64,000 nt of DNA from an uncultured Pseudomonadota bacterium (GTDB taxonomy: Bacteria; Pseudomonadota; Alphaproteobacteria; JACZXZ01), in NCBI GenBank assembly GCA_963749075.1, contig CAVVLJ010000016.1:96001-160000 (forward strand), written 5' to 3'. Below the pieces are notes generated by a model. The model was given only the letters and a program-made list of their open reading frames with translations, ran no database searches and was not told the DNA's origin. A program made the position numbers and the translations under genes. Numbering within the stretch: position 1 is the first letter of the stretch; the number at the start of each line of letters is the position of its first letter. This document shows positions 41,952 through 50,895 of this stretch, piece by piece.

Positions 41952-42890
41952 ATGCCGCTGAGCCGGGAGCAGGAGGCCGAGATCGCGGCCTTGCGCGCGG
42001 GCAAGAGCGAGACGCGGCGCACTTCTGTGCCGGCGCTCGAGGAAGTCCTCTACCAGCCGCTCGCCGTGCTCGACCACGGCTTCGTCCGCGTCATCGACTA
42101 CATGGGCGACGACGGCGCGGTGGTGCAGGCGGCGCGCGTCTCCTACGGCCGCGGCACGCGCAAGGTCTCGGAGGACCGCGGGCTCATCAACTATCTCATG
42201 CGCCACCGCCACACCACGCCCTTCGAGATGTGCGAGATCAAGTACCACGTGAAGCTCCCCATCTTCGTGGCGCGCCAGTGGATCCGCCACCGCACCGCCA
42301 ACGTCAACGAATACTCGGCGCGCTACTCCATCCTGGACAAGGAGTTCTACGTGCCGGCACCCGAGCAGCTCGCGAGCCAGTCTCAGAACAACCGCCAGGG
42401 CCGCGGCGCCGTGCTGGAGGGCGAGGAGGCGCAGCGGGTGCTCGCCCTCCTCAGGGAGGACGCCGAGCGCTGCTACGCCCATTACGTCGAGATGCTCAAC
42501 GAGGATGAGGGCGGCGGCGTCAGCGACGCCGGCCGGCGCGGCCTCGCCCGCGAGCTCGCGCGCATGAACCTCACGCTCAACGTCTATACCCAATGGTACT
42601 GGAAGTGCGACCTGCACAACCTCCTGCACTTCCTCTCGCTGCGCGCCGACGCCCATGCGCAATACGAGATCCGCACTTACGCGGACGTCATGCTCGATAC
42701 GGTCAAGCGCTGGGTGCCGCTCGTCCACGAGGCCTTCATGCAGCACCGCATGGGCGGTGCGGCGCTCTCCTCGGCGGCACTCGAGGTGGTGCGGCGCCTC
42801 GCGCGCGGCGAGAAGGTGGCACAGGCCGGAAGCGGGCTCGGTCCCCGCGAGTGGCGCGAGCTCATGGCGACACTGGGGCTCGAGGGGTGA
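41952..42890 (+). CDS. thyX: FAD-dependent thymidylate synthase
   Basis: [31 protein letters not shown]. Confidence 0.97.
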   Translation: MPLSREQEAEIAALRAGKSETRRTSVPALEEVLYQPLAVLDHGFVRVIDYMGDDGAVVQAARVSYGRGTRKVSEDRGLINYLMRHRHTTPFEMCEIKYHVKLPIFVARQWIRHRTANVNEYSARYSILDKEFYVPAPEQLASQSQNNRQGRGAVLEGEEAQRVLALLREDAERCYAHYVEMLNEDEGGGVSDAGRRGLARELARMNLTLNVYTQWYWKCDLHNLLHFLSLRADAHAQYEIRTYADVMLDTVKRWVPLVHEAFMQHRMGGAALSSAALEVVRRLARGEKVAQAGSGLGPREWRELMATLGLEG

Positions 42891-42982
42891 GCGCGCGTCC
42901 GCCTGCTGACTGACGATGCGCGGCGCACCCCCGGCGGCCAGAGTCCGCACCGCACGCTAATCGAGGAGAGGCGAAGCGGCCT

Positions 42983-43123
42983 CTACACTTTTCTCGGACC
43001 CCTTTTGGGACTGTTTTGTGCCGTTTGATTCAGAACAGAAATTGCCCCGGCTTTTTGCTTTTCGGCGACGGCTTTCTTCGGTTTCTTCGCTTCCCGGTTC
43101 GATCTCTTCTGACCCTTCGCCAT
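42983..43123 (-). CDS. 46-aa lysine-rich small protein
   Basis: Manual translation MAKGQKRSNREAKKPKKAVAEKQKAGAISVLNQTAQNSPKRGPRKV; purine-rich RBS; hairpin AGAGGC/GCCTCT at the stop. Confidence 0.75.
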   Translation of the reverse strand: MAKGQKRSNREAKKPKKAVAEKQKAGAISVLNQTAQNSPKRGPRKV

Positions 43124-43236
43124 GTTCTTTCCCACTTCTACTGGATACGTCATCTCAGCGGCAGAGCTGCAGCCCGTTCCCTCGAGCTGGCGCCGTCAAA
43201 GACGCGTGAAGGCACGCAAAGCGACTTGGACTCGGA

Positions 43237-43323
43237 TTATGCCCGCGCGCGCTGCCGCCGGTGTTTCGCCTTCAGCTTGGCCTTGCGGCGATTGGAACGG
43301 TCTATCTTTCCTCGTCTTTTCAT
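43237..43323 (-). CDS. 28-aa highly basic small protein
   Basis: AGGTGAGGT RBS; manual translation MKRRGKIDRSNRRKAKLKAKHRRQRARA. Confidence 0.65.
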   Translation of the reverse strand: MKRRGKIDRSNRRKAKLKAKHRRQRARA

Positions 43324-43442
43324 TTTGGCCCACCTCACCTTTCGCGACGTTTGAGTCTAACCCACCAATCTTACGACCCGCTCCCGATCGCCGGCCATCA
43401 CTTCCATCGGCCACCCTCAGCCCCGGCAGGAGCTCGCGGTAG

Positions 43443-44573
43443 CTACTGGATGACGATCCTCGGCGCTCGGCGCGCGATCTCGCCGAGCGACTCTTGCGCC
43501 TTCTCCCACACGCGCGCCGCGATCTCGAGATAGAGCTTGGCGTGGGCACTCTCGGGCTGCGAGATGACGATGGGCCGGCCGCCGTCGGAGGTCTCGCGGA
43601 TGGCGATGTCGAGGGGCACCTCGCCGAGGAACTCGATGCCGAGGCGCTCGGCCTCGCGCCGCGCCCCGCCGTGGCTGAAGATCTCGCTGCGCGCGCCGCA
43701 GTGGGGGCAGAGGAAGTAGCTCATGTTCTCGATGATGCCGAAGACCGGCACGTCGACCTTGCGGAACATGTTGAGGCCCTTGCGCGCATCGAGGAGGGCG
43801 ATGTCCTGCGGGGTGGAGACGATCACGGCGCCGGTGAGCGGCACCTGCTGGGCGAGCGTCAGCTGGGCGTCGCCGGTGCCGGGCGGCATGTCGACGACGA
43901 GCACGTCGCGCTCGCCCCACGCCACCTCGCGCAGCATCTGCTGGATGGCGCTCATCACCATGGGGCCGCGCCAGATCATCGGCGTGTCCTCGGCCACGAG
44001 GAAGCCCATGGACATGCAGGCGACGCCGTGGTTCTCGAGCGGCTCGAGCGTGTGCCCGTCGCTCGAGGACGGCCGGCCGGAGATGCCGAGCATGCGCGGC
44101 ATCGAGGGGCCGTAGATGTCGGCGTCCAGCACGCCGACCTTGAGCCCGAGCCGGGCGAGGCCCAAGGCCAGGTTGGCGGCGGTGGTCGATTTGCCGACCC
44201 CGCCCTTGCCGCTCGCCACCGCGACGATGGCGCGCACGCCCGGCACCATCGCCTTGCCGCCGCCGGCTGCCCGCTGCGCCGGGGCGCCCGCGCGCGCGGC
44301 CGGTGCCGCTGCGGCGGGCGAGGGGCGCTCGGCGGTGAGCACGGCGGTCACCGAGGAGACGCCGTCGAGGCGCATCACGGCCTCCTCGGCGGCCTTGCGG
44401 AGCGGCTCCATGCGCGCTCCCTTGCTCGCCTCAACGTCGATGGCGAAGCCCACGTTGCCGTCGCGCACGACGACGCCCGAGACCATGCCGAGCGACACGA
44501 TGTCTGCCTTCCGCTCGGGCTCGAGGACGGCCTTGAGCGCGGCTAAGACCTGCTGCTCCGTGACTCGGGCCAT
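43443..44573 (-). CDS. apbC: Mrp/ApbC Fe-S cluster carrier ATPase
   Basis: SGKGGVGKST, DADIYGPS, DMPPGTGD, ENMSYFLCPHC. Confidence 0.96.
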   Translation of the reverse strand: MARVTEQQVLAALKAVLEPERKADIVSLGMVSGVVVRDGNVGFAIDVEASKGARMEPLRKAAEEAVMRLDGVSSVTAVLTAERPSPAAAAPAARAGAPAQRAAGGGKAMVPGVRAIVAVASGKGGVGKSTTAANLALGLARLGLKVGVLDADIYGPSMPRMLGISGRPSSSDGHTLEPLENHGVACMSMGFLVAEDTPMIWRGPMVMSAIQQMLREVAWGERDVLVVDMPPGTGDAQLTLAQQVPLTGAVIVSTPQDIALLDARKGLNMFRKVDVPVFGIIENMSYFLCPHCGARSEIFSHGGARREAERLGIEFLGEVPLDIAIRETSDGGRPIVISQPESAHAKLYLEIAARVWEKAQESLGEIARRAPRIVIQ

Positions 44574-44729
44574 GCTTGAATTCTCCCCCGTCCGGCCAAT
44601 ATCCGCTTAAGCTCGCATCCGCTTTGGTTTGCACGGCCCGCCCGGCTGTCATATAAGGCCAGCGGGCCCCTTTGCAAAGCGCGCGTCCGGGGGCATTGCG
44701 GCCCTCTGCGGGCGCTGAGGATCAAGTAC

Positions 44730-45878
44730 ATGCCGTGGAGCAATCAAGGCGGTGGCGGCCCCTGGGGCGGCGGCGGTGGCAGCGGCGGCGGCGGTCCGGG
44801 CCCGTGGGGCCGCGGCCCGTCCGGTCCGCAGCCGCCCAATTTCGAGGACATCGTGCGCCGCTTCCAGGATCTGCTGCGGCGCTGGCTGCCGGGCGGCGGC
44901 CGCAACGCGCGGATCATCCCCCTCCTCGTCCTCGGCGCGATCCTGCTGTGGGCGGCCACCGGGTTCTATCGCGTGCAGCCGGACGAGCAGGGTGTTGCGC
45001 TCATCTTCGGGCGCTGGGTGGCGACCACCATGCCGGGCCTCCACTACAACCTGCCCGCCCCGATCGGTCACGTCTATACGCCCAAGGTGACGCGCGTGAA
45101 CCAGGTCGAGATCGGCTTTCGCAGCGGCGCCGAGATCGGCCGGCCCGGCGTGCTGCGCAACGTCGACCAGGAAAGCCTCATGCTGACCGGCGACGAGGAC
45201 ATCATCGACATCAAGGCGGTGGTCTTCTGGGTGATCGACGACGCGGGTAAATACCTCTTCAACATCCGCAACCCGGAGGGCACGGTCAAGGACGCCTCCG
45301 AGGCCGCCATCCGCGAGATCATCGGGCAGACCAATTTCGAGGTCGCCTATACCCAGGGGCGCAAGACGATCGCCACCGAGGCGCCCAAGCTCATCCAGCG
45401 CATCCTCAACAGCTACGACTCCGGCATCCGCATCACCCAGGTGGCCCTCCAGGCGATCGACCCGCCCAAGGAGGCCAAGAGCGCCTTCCTCGACGTGCAG
45501 ACCGCGCGCGAGGACAAGGAGCGCGCCATCAACGAGGCCCAGGGCTACCTCAACGAGGTGACCCAGAAGGCCCAGGGCCAGGCGGAGCAGATCACCAAGT
45601 CGGCCGACGCGTACAAGGCCGAGCGCGTCAACCAGGCGACGGGCGACTCCCAGCGCTTCCTCCTGATCTATCAGATGTATCTGCAGAACAAGGACGTGGC
45701 GACGCGCCGCATCTATCTCGACGCCATGGAGAAGATCCTGGGGGGCATGAACAAGGTGCTGATCCCGAAGGATATCTCCGGCAGCGGCGTGCTGCCCTAT
45801 CTGCCGCTCGACGAACTTCTCAAGCACCAGCCCCAGCCCCAGGCACATGAGGCGCAGCAGCGCGGAGGCCAGCCATGA
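44730..45878 (+). CDS. hflK: FtsH modulator HflK
   Basis: MPWSNQGGG..PWG N-terminus, SPFH domain (MLTGDEDI), TRRIYLDAME. Confidence 0.95.
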   Translation: MPWSNQGGGGPWGGGGGSGGGGPGPWGRGPSGPQPPNFEDIVRRFQDLLRRWLPGGGRNARIIPLLVLGAILLWAATGFYRVQPDEQGVALIFGRWVATTMPGLHYNLPAPIGHVYTPKVTRVNQVEIGFRSGAEIGRPGVLRNVDQESLMLTGDEDIIDIKAVVFWVIDDAGKYLFNIRNPEGTVKDASEAAIREIIGQTNFEVAYTQGRKTIATEAPKLIQRILNSYDSGIRITQVALQAIDPPKEAKSAFLDVQTAREDKERAINEAQGYLNEVTQKAQGQAEQITKSADAYKAERVNQATGDSQRFLLIYQMYLQNKDVATRRIYLDAMEKILGGMNKVLIPKDISGSGVLPYLPLDELLKHQPQPQAHEAQQRGGQP

Positions 45879-46795
45879 GCCGCGGCGGTCTTCTGGGCGC
45901 CGGGATCGCGGCGCTCGTCCTCCTCATCCTCGCCTTTTCCGCCGTCTTCACGGTCGAGCCGTGGCAGCAGGCGCTCGTGCTGCAGTTGGGCGCGCCGCGC
46001 TACGTGACCGCGGAGCCCGGCCTCCACTTCAAGCTGCCGCTCATCCAGTCGGTCAGCTATTTCGACAAGCGCGTGCTCGACCTCGATGCGCGCGCGCCCG
46101 ACGCCACCACGCTCGACCAGAAGCAGCTGCAGGTCGACGCCTACGCGCGCTACCGCATCGTCGATCCGCTGCGCTTCTATCAGGCCGTCAACAACGAGCA
46201 GGGGATCGAGGCTCGGCTCGGCTCGCTCATCAATTCGACGCTGAGGAACGTGATCAGCGACGTGCCGCTGCTCACCTTGCTGACGCCCGAGCGCGCGGCG
46301 ATCATGCAGCGCATCACCAGCACCGTCGACAGCGAGGCGAAGAGCATGGGCATCAAGGTGATCGACGTGCGGCTCAAGCGCATCGACCTGCCGGAGGCGA
46401 ACACGCAGGCGGTGGTGCACCGCATGCAGACCCAGCGCGGCCAGGAGGCGCGCAAGATCCGCGCCGAGGGCGACAAGGAGGCCAGGCGCATCCATGCCGA
46501 CGCGGATCTGCAGGAGCGCGTGATCCTCGCCGAGGCGCGCAAGCAGGCCGAGATCGTGCAGGGCCAAGGCGACGCCGAGGCACAGCGCATCTACAACGCC
46601 TCCTACGGCAAGGATCCGCAGTTCTTCGACTTCTGGCGCTCGCTCCAGGCGCTCACCACGGCGCTGCCCAAGGACACCACCACCTATGTGGGCCCGCCGG
46701 AGGGCGACTTCTTCCGCTACTTCGGCCATATGAACGGCAGCAGCGGCGCTGCGGCACCGGCGGCCGCGCCGGCGGCCGCGCCGGCGAAGCAGTAG
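45875..46795 (+). CDS. hflC: FtsH modulator HflC
   Basis: EPGLHFKLP, DVRLKRIDLP, DPQFFDFWRSL; overlaps hflK. Confidence 0.95.
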   Translation: MSRGGLLGAGIAALVLLILAFSAVFTVEPWQQALVLQLGAPRYVTAEPGLHFKLPLIQSVSYFDKRVLDLDARAPDATTLDQKQLQVDAYARYRIVDPLRFYQAVNNEQGIEARLGSLINSTLRNVISDVPLLTLLTPERAAIMQRITSTVDSEAKSMGIKVIDVRLKRIDLPEANTQAVVHRMQTQRGQEARKIRAEGDKEARRIHADADLQERVILAEARKQAEIVQGQGDAEAQRIYNASYGKDPQFFDFWRSLQALTTALPKDTTTYVGPPEGDFFRYFGHMNGSSGAAAPAAAPAAAPAKQ

Positions 46796-46836
46796 ACGGC
46801 CGCGATGGCGGCTGCGGTGGTGCCGAGGCGGGCGCG

Positions 46837-47022
46837 GTGTCGGACTTCCTGACGGCGCTCGGCCTCGTCCTGGTCATCGAGGGCGTGCTCTATGCCCTCT
46901 TTCCCGACGCGCTCAGGCGGATGATGGCGCTGGCGCTGGCCCAGCCGCACGGCGCCGTGCGCGCGGTGGGCCTAGCCGCCGCGGCGCTCGGCGTCGCCAT
47001 CGTCTGGCTCGTGCGCGGCTAG
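46837..47022 (+). CDS. DUF2065 (YjeT-like) small membrane protein
   Basis: DFLTALGLVLVIEGVLYALFP; typical position after hflC. Confidence 0.88.
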   Translation: MSDFLTALGLVLVIEGVLYALFPDALRRMMALALAQPHGAVRAVGLAAAALGVAIVWLVRG

Positions 47023-47160
47023 AGCACTCCTGCCCGGGAGATCACGCGCAATTGGCTTGACCCTGCTCGCGGCAGGCGTCAAATCATTCCCCGGGCGGCG
47101 CAATCGGATCATACTGGCGATCGAGAGGCTGGCCGCGCAGGCGTGCGGGCGGAGAGAGCG

Positions 47161-48705
47161 ATGGAGAACGACGTGAGCGAAGTCATGTCATGCAGCACCC
47201 GCGTGCCGGCCGGACCGCCGCAAGGGCGGAGAGGCCGCGGCATCCGGGTGGGGCTGGCTGCGGCCATTGCCGTCGCGGGCCTGCTCTGGACGGCCGGCGG
47301 CCAGGCGGCCGGGGGGCCCCCCGTCAGCTTCGCCGATCTCGTCGAGAAGCTCATTCCGGCGGTGGTCAACATCTCGACCACGCAGACCGTCAAGGGACAG
47401 GAGCGGCCGGGGGTCGAGGTTCCCCAGTTTCCCCCGGGCTCGCCCTTCGAGGAGTTCTTCAAGGATTTCTTCGACCGCCAGCAGCGCGAGCAGCGGGCGC
47501 GCAAGGTGACCTCGCTCGGCTCCGGCTTCATCATCGATCCGGCCGGCTACATCGTGACCAACAACCACGTCATCAACGACGCCGACGAGATCACCGTCAT
47601 CCTCGAGGACAACGGCAGCACCAACCTCAAGGCCAAGGTCGTCGGCCGCGACAGCAAGACCGATCTGGCGCTGCTCAAGGTCGAGGCCGGCCATCCGCTC
47701 GCCGCCGTCAAGTTCGGCGACTCGGACAAGGCCCGCGTCGGCGACTGGGTGGTGGCGATCGGCAATCCCTTCGGGCTCGGCGGCACGGTCACCGCGGGCA
47801 TCGTCTCGGCGCGCGCGCGCGAGCTCAACTCCGGACCCTACGACGACTTCCTGCAGACCGACGCCGCCATCAACAAGGGCAACTCGGGCGGGCCGATGTT
47901 CAACATGGCGGGCGACGTGATCGGCGTGAACTCGGCGATCTACTCGCCAACCGGCGGCAGCGTCGGCATCGGCTTCGCCATTCCCTCCTCGCTCGCCAAG
48001 CCGGTGATCGACCAGCTGCGCAAGTTCGGCCGCACCAGGCGGGGCTGGCTCGGCGTGCGCATCCAGACCGTGACCGACGAGATCGCCGAGACCATGGGGC
48101 TCGCCAAGCCAACCGGCGCCCTCGTCGCCAGCGTGAACGCCGGCGGGCCGGCCGAGCAGGCGGGCATCCAGGGAGGCGACATCATCGTCAAGTTCGACGG
48201 CAAGGACGTGGACGACATGCGCCACCTGCCGCGCATCGTGGCGGAGACCGAGATCGGCAAGACCGTGCCCGTCGAGATCATCCGCAAGGGCGTCCACCGC
48301 ACGGTGAGCGCCAAGGTGGGCGAGCTCCAGGAGGAGGAGCAGGTGGCGAGCGTCTCCGCCAAGGAGAAGGAGAAGCCCGCCGGACCCGGCAAGGAGCAGA
48401 AGGTCGACAGCCTCGGGCTCTCGCTGGCGCCGCTCAGCCAGGAGCTGCGCGACCAGTTCGAGATCGGCGCCGAGGTCAAAGGCGTCGTCGTCACCACCGT
48501 CGCCTCCGCCGGCAGCGCCGCCGAGAAGGGCCTCAAGCCCGGCGACGTGATCGTCGAGGTGAACCAGGAGGAGGTCGCCTCGCCGGCCGATGTCGCCGGC
48601 GCCGTCGACAAGGCGCAGCAGGCCGGCCGCAAATCGGTGCTGCTGCTCATCGAGCGCGAGGGCGACATCCGCTTCGAGGCGGTGCGCATCGGCGGCAAGA
48701 AGTAG
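47161..48705 (+). CDS. DegP/HtrA-family serine protease with two PDZ domains (start uncertain)
   Basis: LGSGFII, TNNHV, TDLA, QTDAAINKGNSGGP, RGWLGV. Confidence 0.96.
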   Translation: MENDVSEVMSCSTRVPAGPPQGRRGRGIRVGLAAAIAVAGLLWTAGGQAAGGPPVSFADLVEKLIPAVVNISTTQTVKGQERPGVEVPQFPPGSPFEEFFKDFFDRQQREQRARKVTSLGSGFIIDPAGYIVTNNHVINDADEITVILEDNGSTNLKAKVVGRDSKTDLALLKVEAGHPLAAVKFGDSDKARVGDWVVAIGNPFGLGGTVTAGIVSARARELNSGPYDDFLQTDAAINKGNSGGPMFNMAGDVIGVNSAIYSPTGGSVGIGFAIPSSLAKPVIDQLRKFGRTRRGWLGVRIQTVTDEIAETMGLAKPTGALVASVNAGGPAEQAGIQGGDIIVKFDGKDVDDMRHLPRIVAETEIGKTVPVEIIRKGVHRTVSAKVGELQEEEQVASVSAKEKEKPAGPGKEQKVDSLGLSLAPLSQELRDQFEIGAEVKGVVVTTVASAGSAAEKGLKPGDVIVEVNQEEVASPADVAGAVDKAQQAGRKSVLLLIEREGDIRFEAVRIGGKK

Positions 48706-48720
48706 GCAAGGGCATGAAAT

Positions 48721-48862
48721 CCCTCTCCCGTTTACGGGAGAGGGAAGGGGCCCATCCCGAAGGGATGGGAAGGGTGAGGGAATGCCGGATGTCGGCGCTG
48801 TCCCTCACCCTCCCACGGCCTTGCGGCCGCGGGTCCCTCCCGCTCCCGCAAGCGGGAGAGGG
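48721..48862. repeat. Alphaproteobacterial palindromic intergenic element (CIR/RIME-like)
   Basis: CCCTCTCCCG..CGGGAGAGGG hairpins at both ends; internal GGGAAGGGTGAGGG / CCCTCACCCTCCC inverted pair; between convergent degP and serB. Confidence 0.85.
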
Positions 48863-48888
48863 GAGTGTTGCCATCTCCCGTCGGCCAC

Positions 48889-49785
48889 CTAAGCCGCGAA
48901 CTCGTCCCTCCGGTAGCCCTGGAAGTAGAGGAGTGCCGTGAGGTCGCCGTGGTCGACGCGCGCGCGCGCCGCCGAGGCGAGCGCCGGCTTGCCGCGGTAG
49001 GCGACGCCGAGGCCCGCAGCCTGGATCATCTTGAGGTCGTTGGCGCCGTCGCCCACCGCGAGCGTCGCCGCGCGCGGGATGCCGCGCGCCGCGGCGAGCC
49101 GCTTGAGCGCCGCGTATTTGCCGTCGCGGTTTATGGCCGGCGGCACCACCCGGCCGGTCAGCCGGCCGTGGAGGATCTCGAGCTCGTTCGCCTCGTCGTA
49201 GTCGAAGCCCACGAGCTCGCGCACGCGGCGGGAGAAGAAGCGGAAGCCGCCCGAGACGAGCGCCGTATAGGCGCCCGCCTTGCGCATGGTGCCGACGAGC
49301 GCCGCAGCGCCCGGCATGAGGAAGACGCGCTGCCAGGCGCGCTCGAGCGCCTCCTCGGAAAGGCCCGCGAGCATGGCGACGCGCTCCTCGAGCGCCGCCG
49401 TGAAATCGATCTCGCCGCGCATCGAGCGCTCGGTGATCGCCGCAATGCGCCCCTTGAGGCCGGCGAAATCCGCGAGCTCGTCGAGCGTCTCCACCCCGAC
49501 GATGGTCGAGTCCATGTCGGCTACGAGGAGGCGCTTCTGCCGGCCGGCGCTCGCCTGGGCGAGGAGGTCGAAGGGCGCTTCGCCGAGGACCGCGCGCGCC
49601 GCCGTTTCGGCGCCCCGCCAGCCGATGCCCGAGAACGGCAGGTCGACCGCCAGGTCTGCTGCCAGCCAACGCCGCTCGCCCACGCGCGCGCCGAGTGCGG
49701 CGAGCGCCGAGCGCACCTCGCCGAGCGTGCTATTCTCGATACCGCCGGTCTCGGCACCGGCGACCAGGGTCAGGACATGCTGCAT
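48889..49785 (-). CDS. serB: Phosphoserine phosphatase
   Basis: HAD motifs ADMDST, VSGGF, VGDGAND. Confidence 0.95.
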   Translation of the reverse strand: MQHVLTLVAGAETGGIENSTLGEVRSALAALGARVGERRWLAADLAVDLPFSGIGWRGAETAARAVLGEAPFDLLAQASAGRQKRLLVADMDSTIVGVETLDELADFAGLKGRIAAITERSMRGEIDFTAALEERVAMLAGLSEEALERAWQRVFLMPGAAALVGTMRKAGAYTALVSGGFRFFSRRVRELVGFDYDEANELEILHGRLTGRVVPPAINRDGKYAALKRLAAARGIPRAATLAVGDGANDLKMIQAAGLGVAYRGKPALASAARARVDHGDLTALLYFQGYRRDEFAA

Positions 49786-49862
49786 CGCAATATGAGATTG
49801 TGCGGACGCGAATTTATGAGCAAGGTGCCGCTTGCCGCAAGGCGGATCGCGGCCCGCCGCGC

Positions 49863-50825
49863 GTGAGCCGGCCCGTCCTCATCGTGGCGGGGCCGACCGC
49901 AAGCGGCAAATCGCCGCTGGCGCTTGCCGTCGCCGAGGAGGCGGCCGGCACCATCATCAATGCCGACAGCATGCAGATCTACCGCGAGCTCGCCATCCTC
50001 ACCGCGCGGCCGGATGCGGTGGCCCTGGCACGCGTCCCCCACCGGCTCTACGGCGTGCTCTCGGTCGAGGAGCCGTGCTCGGCGGGACGCTGGCGCGAGA
50101 TGGCGCTCGCCGAGATCGCGGGCGCCCATGCGGCCGGCCGGCTCCCCATCGTGACCGGCGGCAGCGGCCTCTATCTCAAGGCGCTCGTCGAGGGGCTCGC
50201 CGCAGTGCCCCCAGTGCCGCCCGAGGTGCGCGCCCGCGGCCGGGAGCTTTACGCCGAGCTCGGACCGGCAGCCTTCCACCAGGCCCTCGCCGCGCGCGAT
50301 CCGGCGGGTGCCGCCAAGCTCAGGCCGCGCGACCGCCAGCGCCAGCTGCGCACCTGGGAGGTGCTGGAGGCGACCGGCCGGCCGCTCGCGGCCTGGCAGC
50401 AGGAGGCGAAGGTGCCGCCTGCGGACGAGCTCGCCTTCGCGGCCATCCTCTGCGATCCGCCGAAGCCTGGGCTCTATGCCGCCATCGAGCGCCGCTTCGA
50501 CGCCATGATGGCGGCCGGTGCCCTCGCGGAGGTCGCAGCACTCAGCGCCCGCAGCCTCGATCCGGCCCTGCCCGCGCTGCGCGCCGTGGGAGTGGCCGAG
50601 CTGATGCGGCACCTGGCCGGCGAGCTCACCCTCGAGGAGGCCGTGGCGCTCGCCAAGCAGGCGAGCCGCCGGCTCGCCAAGCGCCAGCTCACCTGGTTCC
50701 GCCACCACGAGCCGGCGCCCGACCTTCTGGTCATCGATCACCGCCCGGCCGCGCAATATTCGGAAAGTTTCAAAGCAAGAATCTTTAATTTTATTCGTCA
50801 TAACCTGTTGACCGTGGCGGAATGA
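49863..50825 (+). CDS. miaA: tRNA dimethylallyltransferase
   Basis: GPTASGKS, NADSMQIY, GGSGLY, AKRQLTWFR. Confidence 0.96.
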   Translation: MSRPVLIVAGPTASGKSPLALAVAEEAAGTIINADSMQIYRELAILTARPDAVALARVPHRLYGVLSVEEPCSAGRWREMALAEIAGAHAAGRLPIVTGGSGLYLKALVEGLAAVPPVPPEVRARGRELYAELGPAAFHQALAARDPAGAAKLRPRDRQRQLRTWEVLEATGRPLAAWQQEAKVPPADELAFAAILCDPPKPGLYAAIERRFDAMMAAGALAEVAALSARSLDPALPALRAVGVAELMRHLAGELTLEEAVALAKQASRRLAKRQLTWFRHHEPAPDLLVIDHRPAAQYSESFKARIFNFIRHNLLTVAE

Positions 50826-50836
50826 GCGTCTAGTTT
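50808..50836 (+). promoter_or_regulatory. Sigma-70-type promoter of the ilv operon
   Basis: TTGACC-N17-TAGTTT, 60 bp upstream of the AHAS start, preceded by an AT-rich tract. Confidence 0.55.
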
Positions 50837-50895
50837 GCCTCCCCCGCGCGCCCGGTCGGGCCGCGGGCGGCGGCTTTCTGAAGCGGAGCGGGACG

